A stretch of DNA of 63,403 bases, filler included, from Intoshia linei (taxonomy: Eukaryota; Animalia; Orthonectida): the NCBI GenBank assembly GCA_001642005.1. It is 7 parts of 7 records of this genome, joined end to end, with 100 filler letters (N's around TTAATTAATTAA, not from the genome) between each part and the next. Parts side by side here need not be neighbours in the genome. Positions count along the whole stretch, not along the records: positions 53,582 to 63,403 come from LWCA01001331.1; 6 more parts are not named here. One strand, written 5' to 3'. The notes under the pieces are model-generated. The model saw only the letters and a program-made list of their open reading frames with translations, did not search any database and was not told the origin of the DNA. Each line of letters begins with the position of its first letter. The first letter of the stretch is position 1. The position numbers and the translations under genes were made by a program. Shown here one piece after another: positions 53,976-63,403 of this stretch.

Positions 53976-54617
53976 CTCAATATTTTCCAAAACAATTTTT
54001 CCTCCTCTACAATTTTGATATTTCATGAAAATTTGAGCATGTTTATTTTCTTCCGAAGATTCATGTAAAAAATAGTTCTTTATTCCCGGCAAAGCTACAT
54101 CAAATCTATCAAAATGATATGCCTAATTGTAACATTATAATCATTAATTTAGGACAGACTGGTAAAAAGTTAGGCCTAGGGACCCCTAGGATCGAGCGTT
54201 CTACTAAATAAATGAACATGTAAAAATAAATAAAAGTGAATCCAAAAGGAATCCAAATTCTATACTGTAAAGTTTTTAGAGTACGAGTGAATCTTTTTGA
54301 AGTATAAAAATATATCAGGAAGTGCGTCCAAAAAAAATTTAAATTGCGTTTCGTAATTTTCGACAACCAACTTTCTGAAGTTATTGGTCTCACTCATTTT
54401 ACTTGGACCAGTTGCCACTTTTAGAGTCTATATTTTAGATTATAATATACTAACCATAGCCAGGTAGGCATAAGATGCATATAACTCCAAATTAATTTGT
54501 TTATTGACTGCTTTCTATAATTTATAATAAAGCTATATGTAACGAAATAAATAATTCAATCAAAATAATAATAATTGCCTCGACAGCTTCACTGTAGTTT
54601 TGTCTGACATTTGCCAT
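53976..54617 (-). CDS. Cytosolic H-type ferritin, first three exons (3' exons missing, probably in the gap)
   Basis: MANVRQNYSEAVE|KAVNKQINLELYASYAYLAM|AYHFDRFDVALPGIKNYFLHESSEENKHAQIFMKYQNCRGGKIVLENIE|. The N-terminal ferroxidase residues (E..Y, EE..H) are retained. Confidence 0.93.
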
Positions 54618-54819
54618 GTTAGTATTAATATAAATGTATTAATGGGTAAATTATATTTTTTTGGATAAATCTAACCTCAAAGTATATATCAAATCAACAA
54701 AATGATAATCCAATATTGATACAATTTAAAATTGTTATAAATTTTTACTGTAACTATATAAATTTGAAGTGTACACGGAATTATAAATAAATTATCATTA
54801 TCATTTAGACCATTTAGAC

Positions 54820-55597
54820 CAGGGTTCGGTAACCTTTTTCATCTCGTGACCACTTTTTTATATCATAAAATTCTACGAGTGATCCTTCCACCTAGGGATC
54901 TAACGAAAATTATTTTAAAATATTGGCTTTAATTTACTAAATTAAGCATTAAAAAATTCTAGAGCTGTTTTCATTTTTAAAAAAAAGGGTATTCTGGGTT
55001 TTTTAACGTTTTGATACTATTGATACCGATGAAGGTTACCATTTATGATAATGCTTATGAATTTAACCATTCCAGAATTCATGTTCCATAAAATTATAAG
55101 ACTTTCTTAAATTTTACAGAAAAGAGTAATTGGGGTTTAGGCAGTGAAGATATAAGATTTTGAAATTAAAATTTATCCTAATATTGATGAATTTAAAACT
55201 TTTAATTTTTATAATTCTAGGACGAGTTTGAATTTAAAAACAAAGGACAATTGTGGTTTTTAACCTTGAAGGACTCAATTTCTGAAATGATTTACGAGTC
55301 TCGTTTTTGAAAATATACACATGATATGTTTCAAGTTTAACTGATGAGAAAAGGTTCTAGTATATTAACAAAAATAAATATGGGGCGATCTGAAAATTCA
55401 GTATTAAAATTATTATAATGAATCAATTATAATTATAATTTAATCTAAAGAGATTTTAATTATAGTAGAAAATGTTTAAATCGGTGTTTAAGAGTTGAAA
55501 AATTTAAAAATAAATAATTTACATATTTACTTAAAGGGTCACCAAAATTATTATTTGGGTCACTTTTGAACCGCGGGCCATTGGTTGACGAGCCCCG
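54820..55597. mobile_element. Buster/Charlie-type hAT MITE
   Basis: Ends CAGGGTTCGGTAACC / GGTTGACGAGCCCCG; perfect TSD ATTTAGAC. Confidence 0.8.
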
Positions 55598-55824
55598 ATT
55601 TAGACTCTAAATTTTAGAGGCAGTACCGTGTAATCATCAGTGTACCCCACAGAAATAGGAAAAGTTAAAATTCGATCATATTCGGATTTTATTCAGTTAA
55701 CTTTCAATACTCGCGTATTTGAATTTTAAAGTCAACTGCAAAGGAATGCACAAAATAACTGTATCATCATTGAAAATAAATTATTTATTTGTATAATTAT
55801 AGTTTCATATATCATAGTCTATAA

Positions 55825-55977
55825 CAGCGGTTCCCAAATGGGGTGCTGGGACCCTAGGGGTTCCACAACTTAATTAAATTAAAAATATTCTTAATTGCTT
55901 ATACATTATGTATTTATTTATAATGTATGCCGTACATAGTACGGGATACCAAATATGAAGTATACTGGGAACCGTTG
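55825..55977. mobile_element. 153-bp Buster-type MITE
   Basis: Ends CAGCGGTTCCCA / TGGGAACCGTTG; TSD GTCTATAA / GTCTATAT. Confidence 0.75.
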
Positions 55978-55988
55978 GTCTATATTTC

Positions 55989-56960
55989 AGTGCTGGCCAA
56001 CTTGATTTTTTAGAGATCGACTTTACATTTTTTGAAATACTAGTGATCGACTATACTAAAATTTAATAAGTACATATGACATAAGTAATAGGACATTATA
56101 ATATAAATTAAATACACTTCATTGTTAAAAAAAATCTAAATGTTTCGTTGCATTACTAAAATATTTAAATTAGTTAATAATTAGTTGAAATATTTACTTT
56201 TAATCATTAATGAGATGGTTGTATAAACGATAATTCACATAGCCATTGTTTATCATAGAGTTCTGCATAATTATTATTTCTATTCCGAAGAAATATTTTA
56301 ATATCGTCTAATAAAATTATAAATCTTTCCAAAAATACACTTCTGCTATGCCATCTTATATTTGTGTGTAAAACTAACTCACGGTTTTCTTCAGATTAAC
56401 TTTTGAAAAGACGCCTTTGAAGTGCTTTAGCCTTGATGGAATTAGCAATTTTAAAAGTAATATCAATAATTATATTGGTATTTAACCTTTTACTACATAA
56501 AACAATGATAATTTTAAAAATTCGGAAAATCATCATTATTTTTGCATATTCCAATAAATCCGCTTTTACTACCAACCATAGATTTTGCACCGTCTGTTGT
56601 AATGGGTACAAGTTTATTAATAGGAATATTTTTTGTTGACAATAACGTTTTAAATGAGTTATATAAATCAATACCTCTTGTTCTTTCATTAAGGCTTATC
56701 ATTCCAACCAATTCTTCTTTTGTATTCCAATCATCAAATATCATACGAATGAAAATTAAACTTGTGCTGTTGTCTTTAATGTCAATTGATTCATCAAATT
56801 GTAGAGAAAAGCACACATGTTTGGACGTCCATTTGTATTTGTTTACATACATCTTTACTAAGTTTTTCTATTCGTCTCATAACAGTATTACGTGATAATT
56901 GCAAATCTGCAATGGCAGATTTTATTATATGTTATTATGAAAGCCTTGAAGGAACAGGTG
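55989..56960 (-). mobile_element. SPIN/GTF2IRD2-like hAT transposase remnant
   Basis: FSLQFDESIDIKD..LIFIRMIF..EELVGMISLNERTRGIDLY, ITTDGAKSMVG, IKAKALQRRLFK, HTNIRWHSR; terminus CAGTGCTGGCCAAC. Confidence 0.85.
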
Positions 56961-57305
56961 AACAATGTTCAGTGAGTATACATTGGCATAATTACTAATT
57001 CTAATTACTGATACTTACTATTTTATGTAATTCTTTTATTTAAAATAAAGATTCTTATAGACCAATTTTTATAACAATTTTAAGAAACTACAACTTATAA
57101 TGTGTTAATGAGTGTTTATTATAATCATATTAATACAACATTGCGTAAATTTATTAATAATTGTCGTATACCAAAAATACGTATGCAAATATTACTTAAA
57201 ATGAGGTCATGTCTTTGTAGGGCTATTTTAATTTCATAAATCTTAATCTTTTGTAGTAACTATAACTGTTATAGAATTTACAATTATTATGCACTTTATT
57301 TCAAA

Positions 57306-60300
57306 ATGTTGAGAAATTTAAAATTATACAAATATCTATCTTGGAGGTGTAGACACTTTGATGCGATTATTAGTGGAAGTGGTCTCTCAGGATTACTTTT
57401 ATCTTTGTCTATGAGTAATATTTATATATAACATACAAGCTTTTGCGTATTGCAATATAGACATTTTAATAATATTTTAATATGTTTATTGTTACTTTAT
57501 AACAGGGGTTTCCAAAGTGGGTGATATCGCCGCCAATGAGCGATTGGTTCAATTAATGGGCGATTAAAAATTAAAAAATAATGTATTAATTACGTATACA
57601 TAATTAAGTCATTTTTTCTATACAATGTAATTTTTATTTTAAAGCCTCTTATTGTCCCGGTACATGTTGATGGATTTAGGCATAGTAAAATTACTTTGAT
57701 ACCACAGTAGCATCAGATTAAACGGACCATGGACCACTTTTTTAAATTTGAAAAAAAAAAATTATTTTTAGTTGTTTTATATAAAATGGGTTGTACGCAG
57801 ACAAACAGTAAAATTTTACAAAAATACGATTATTATTACGAGCATTATAATATTTAATGTATTATTTATTACATTAATAATACAAATAATTATTAGTTGT
57901 CGGCGTAGTCGAAATTTTTTGTCAAGGGTGTGGTGAAAAAATATATTGCTAAAAAGGAGGGCTGTAGACAAAATTTTATAAATTAACGATAACAAACAAA
58001 TAAGGTGTTTATATAAGTTAAGATGGGTAATTTGGGGTTTTACCATCAAGATGTAAGTTTTTGAAATTGAAATTTATAACTTTTATTATTTTATAAAGTA
58101 TATGAGAATGTAGATTTTAAAAAATTTTAGTTCTCGTTTGATTTTTTAAAAAAAGGATAATTGGGGTTTTTTACCCTGAATGATTCAATTTGCTATAATC
58201 AAATTCGCGATAAAATCTAATTATTGAAACTGTATTAGAAATTGGTTTTTTAAAATTCTACATCTCTTACTTTCGTGAATAAACTGAAACAAAAAAAATT
58301 AAAATTAAAAAACTAACCCTCTTAAAATTTCCATACAAAAAAAATTCCAAAAACCATGTTTGTAGCAACGCAGTTGAAACTAATTATCGACCTAATGCTT
58401 AAACTAAACTTGTTTATTCACTTGTTAATTAAAATCGAACATTTTTATACCAAATTTAACATACCATACTACAATTTTTTTATTTTTTTACAAAATTTGA
58501 GACATTATGGTTACTTTAAAATTAAAAACTTAAGTTTCTACTAATTTTTTCGAAATTTTTTTTACTAATAAGGGATTTTGCTGGTTTGTTTAATACATAT
58601 ATATATAAAAAATGCAACACCTAGCGTGTGATTGAGATTGGTCATATTATGTATCAATTACAAAATTTCTGCGAGGGAGTATAATATGATTATTAACAAT
58701 TTAGGTTACTTCTCGATTTTAACTTGCGATTTTAGTTAGATCGGATGTATTAAAAACTCACAAAATATTATTGATCGAATCTAAAAAAAATCCATGGAAA
58801 ACAAAAAGTTTAACATCCCCTTCATCAAAAACATGCGCCATTACAGAAAAAAATTTTCAATATTTATCAAGTTGGTAAAAAGTTGAATTAAAATTTAAAA
58901 TTTAAATGGTAGAATTGGGAGTAGCTCAACACTTGGAAAAATCTCGAATAGGAATAGCGAAAAATATGCACGTATGAATTATTAATGTTACTACTAGATG
59001 TAATTTTAATTTTGTTTAGATTCAAGATGAATTATCTTCATCTTGGTGTTACTTGTCCAATGATGATGTGAAATCTAATGTCATATTTTATGTTGTGGAA
59101 AATGAAAATCTTGAAAATGCTTTTTCTTTGGCATTGAGACAATTTAAAACACCAAATTTTGAATGTGAAAATTTGAAATTAAAATCTTTTGATACAGTAC
59201 ACCAGATTAATGCAAAATTTAATAATGCGGATTTAAATAAACCCACTACTTCGTCAATTCTTGTAATTTATTATTGATTATATATATTTTCTAATATAAT
59301 TAGATTGGTGCGGATGGAAAAAATTCTTTGGTACGTAGAATCTCAAATATACAAACAAAAACTAAAAAAACTACTCAAATTGCATTGACAGCAGTTGTAC
59401 AATCGACGGTAATGATGAGTCAATTATACGGCTACTTTTGTTTAGAATTTAGTGAATGTTGGATTTCAAAGATTTACCAAATTTGGACCTATTGCTTTAT
59501 TACCAGTTTTATTACTATTTTTACTTTGCTCAAACATAATTATAGTGTTATTTATATATTTTATGTATTTAGAGATTATTAATGAAATAATTACTTTTTA
59601 ATGTTATTTTTTATTAGAAACATCTAAAGTAGGGCTTATCTCACTGTTGCCACTAATTTATAAAATTTTTTACCATTGCATTGTTTTAGAATGTTTTATT
59701 AGGTTCAAACTGAAAGAAATTTTTAAAATGAATGGGGGAAAGTGATTAAAGGAATACTTTGATTAAAACGGTTTTACTATAAAATGGTTTTAATTATACA
59801 ATGTATAATATACACGCATAAGAATACGAGGAAGCGGTTGCATTTATGAAGAACGTAGTCTATTAGTTCTCGAATAGTACATACTATTACATGGAGTTTT
59901 AACTGTTTTAATCCCAGTATACCTGTATATCATTTGATATATATGTTGCATTTACTGATATGCTTATTAAAAAAAATTATAGATGACTGATGATAATTTT
60001 TGTTTGATATGGAGCTTAGAACGATCTGTTGCTGAAAAATTGAATGCACTAAATTATGAAGATTTCATTAAGATAATTAACAACAATCTGGTATTCGGCA
60101 ATGATTATTATTATATAATTTAAAATCAATATAGAAATATAATGCGTCGACTGATGGGGATTGTTTTCCATTAATAAATTCCGTATTTTCTTATATAAAT
60201 GGTTATATTCATTTTTTTTATTATCATTATGGCTGATATTTTAGATGATGAACCTGGTCAAGAGGTTGCTTTGAAAAATATAATTAAAGGTATATTTACA

Positions 60301-63078
60301 ATCAATATATAGGGTTTATCACCGTGGTTCTCATTTTTTTTTTAGAATCACTTCTCCATAATTAAATAAAAAAAACATATTTTTAGATCTATAAAATGTA
60401 ATATATTTAGTGTTTCTTAATTCTTTTCAAATACACCCTTAAATCCAATAATTTTCTTAAGAATGTTATACTTTTGTATGCTATTTTTGGGAGAACTTTA
60501 AGGCGATAATGTTAACATTATGGGTTAATGAAACGACAAATAAAATTTTTTTATACGTATACTTGAGCTTGACTGTTATGTACTTCGTACAAACAGAATC
60601 CTAGCTCTGCCGAGGGCGGATCTTTTTATTCTACCAGAAAAATAAATTAACAAATGTAAATTAGAAAATTTAACATAAAATGCCACTATTCACTATTATC
60701 AATCATTTAATTTAATTTTTTATTTTTTAAAGTGTCACTAAATCATTCATGTTTTAATTTTAATTTTAAACAAAATGTTTTGAAAATAAGAATTTGAGAA
60801 TTAAAAATTGTGTAACTATGAAAAAAATACGGATGGAAGCACTTATATAGATTTCCACCCATATTTATTTATAGAAAATGTGTATACGTTCAATGCACAC
60901 TTTTTTGAAATTGTAGGATCAATATTTTCAATTTTTATTTTACATAATCGAAATATTTGAAAAATATAATATATTAAAAATTATGTTTCATCGAAAATGC
61001 GTAGATTTCTGGGTTGAACTTTTGTATTTACAAATGGAATAAGCTCTATCAGAACAATCTTTCTTTTTTTAATTGTAGAACCATTTATTCTTTCAAATTT
61101 GTTTTACAAATAATTTTGTTATTGGTTAATAAAATAGTTTCGAAATAAAAATAAATTAATATTGAAGTACTTTTTTGACCGTGAAGATGTCATTTATTCA
61201 GATTGAAATTTTTTGTGTGCCTTAACAGGATACAACTGTATCATCTTTAATGTATTGAAATTCTGGGGCTACTTTGATTTTAAAAAAAAATGGTAATGTG
61301 GGGGTTTGATCGTGAAAATTATTTTTTTGAGGTTTTGATTTATGATAATGTTTATGATTTTAAAAACTATACCAGAATTTATGTCGAAAAAAATATTAGG
61401 ATGTGTTTCATTTTTAAAACAAACAGTAATGTGGGATATTCACCATGAAGGCATGCGTTTCTGAGGCTGAAATTAACGACAATGTTAATACTTTTAAAAC
61501 GCGTTCCGAATGTATTTTTTATTAAATTTTTGGGTTGATTTTTTTAAAAAAAAGAGAAATTGTGGTTTTGACCCTAAAGGACTCAAATTATGAAACTGAA
61601 AAATGAATAAAAACATGTCTTGGGAAAAACAGTATTAAAAATGGGTTTTTTTTAAATCCTGCGACTGTCAATGTTTTCAATAAATGGTTACACACACATA
61701 CATTCATTTTTATATACATATTTGTGTAAGTAAAGGATAAAAATTGAGACAAATTTATAATTTGTAAACTCGTTTTATTTTTTATGATATTAGTTATCAA
61801 TCTAATTTTTATAATTTGGGTTCATGAATAACCCCTAGATATGTATACATCTCTAATATAATTAAATTAACAATTATGTGAATTAAACGTAAAACATTCG
61901 TACTCCCCATTAGTGAACAAAACGTGGAAGTTTAAATTTCTATTTACTGTAAAAGTATAGTGAACAAAATATCAGATTTCAGTAGAACTACATTTCTTTT
62001 TTCATTTTGTGCAGATAATATTGTTTCAAAATTTTTAATAATTGTATTAATTGCGTCTACCGATACTTTAGAGAGACCTCTTTTATTATAAGTGCCATTT
62101 CTTTTTGTAATCTCTAAAATTTACTTATTTACCCTATTGAAAGCCATTTTCTTGATTTAGTTTCTTTTTGATTATTATGGGTAAGAAAAATTGGATCTAT
62201 TTTTAGTATTCTATTTATAGACATGTTGGGAGTCCCAACATTAGCAAATTACAGAGAATATTATATTTGTACAATTTTTGAGTCTATAATTTTATATCCT
62301 ATTTATTTAAAGGAACTAGAGGACGTTATATTTTGACTAATTGTATTGTGGATTCGATGGTTTCAGAACGAGTTGCACTTATTGGGTAATTATATTATTA
62401 ATTATAATTCTTAAATGTGTTGGTTTAGAATATTTTATTTTTTTTATGTCTGAAATATTTTATTTTTCTTATTTTCTCAACCAATAATTTGAAAACTCGA
62501 GGTACATTGTTAGACTGTTAAATAAATTATATAATGCAGGGTATTAAACCTAATCTAATTGTAAGACCCCAGAATTTGGTCAAAAATGATATTTTCATAC
62601 ATTATATTAAAAATATACATTCTAATTACAGTAATAATAATACCTGTATAATGTTTGTAAAAACGATATTTATTTTATTATTTATAGAGACGCAGCTCAC
62701 AGTCTACTCCCTTTAGCGGGTTTAGGATTTAATACGTCTATTTTAGACATTAAGAATTTAGTAGCTTCAATGGAAAAATATGCAAGGTTGGGAGTAGATT
62801 TGGGTATAGTTAATTATATATTAAATTATTGAATATTAGGAAATGAAAACGTTCTCCGAGATTATAATGGAAAAGTAATGAATTACAACAAAATTTTAAA
62901 TTTTACAATAAATGCAATTGATGAAATTTTTCGTGATACAAATATTGGCTCTCAATTTCTAAGATCTTTTGGAATGAATATTATTAGATCTAGTTCTTTT
63001 TTGAAGGTTTTTTAATGTAAATTTATTTATCTTTATACATTTATTTAGAAGTCAGCTCTTCAAATGGCAAATAGATAA
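57306..63078 (+). CDS. COQ6: Ubiquinone biosynthesis FAD monooxygenase, mitochondrial, multi-exon
   Basis: Basic presequence, FDAIISGSGLSG, KILLIES, FYVVENENL, IGADGKNSLVRR, FQRFTKFGPIALLP, FCLIWSL, RVALIG|DAAHSLLPLAGLGFN, LGVDLG, FLRSFGMN; ends QMANR*. Confidence 0.88.
60560..61725 (-). repeat. Dispersed repeat with internal subrepeats, possibly a non-autonomous Helitron (COQ6 intron)
   Basis: Related segments lie at about 7616-7750, 14760-15270, 39390-39765, 45840-46040, 51280-51541, 53582-53880, 54960-55290 and 58020-58180. It has a (GT)n-like tract near one end, and several copies end ...CTAGT. No TIR or TSD was seen. Confidence 0.4.
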
Positions 63079-63403
63079 AAATATTTAATTATGCTATTTT
63101 TTGTAGATTCAAATTAAAAGTTTTAAAATTTATTTTTGAAAATTTTTTGTACATATTTTTATCAAACGGATGGACAGACGGACGGAACGGATGTAGCATG
63201 ACGCCAGATGTCAAAGATATCTTGGTTTTTCTGAAACCGGTCAATTAATATATTATCATTTTATAACTCAATCAACTCTAGTTGAACATTATCGTTACAT
63301 TCATCGACCTTAACCATGTGTGGCTCAAAAACAAGTTGCATTGATGGTTAAATTTTTCAAAATCTTGAAACCGTGTCATATATTGATCATATAAAGATGC
63401 GAG

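Overview
This is eukaryotic (animal) genomic scaffold, not prokaryotic DNA. It is very AT-rich, has GT-AG introns mostly of 35-50 nt, encodes highly divergent proteins and retains cilia genes. That combination fits a fast-evolving parasitic metazoan such as the orthonectid Intoshia (inference only). Six 100-nt scaffold spacers (N...TTAATTAATTAA...N) interrupt it. Manual splicing gives these genes: a divergent SAP30-like gene (-), the 5' end of COG7 (+), an isolated acid-lipase-like exon (-), the 3' exons of an unknown gene (-), a tightly packed co-oriented cluster ELAC1-GTF2H1-PRPS-IFT80-SYS1 (-), CTU1 (+), an HSD17B12-type SDR with a decayed duplicate of its last two exons (-), two near-identical orphan membrane-protein genes differing in one hypervariable in-frame block (-), part of MKS1 (-), part of ferritin (-, GC-AG intron) and COQ6 (+). 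An AT-rich 5S rRNA gene lies antisense in an IFT80 intron. The rest is decayed, often nested transposons: hAT (Buster/SPIN-, hATm- and CGGBP1-like), Tc1, pogo, Sailor-like DD~82E, Harbinger/ISL2EU-like, Ginger-like, Gypsy and Helitron-like, plus many MITEs. The best candidates for something new are the hypervariable orphan gene pair and the operon-like five-gene cluster. All family assignments come from recalled motifs, not database searches, and TE boundaries are approximate.
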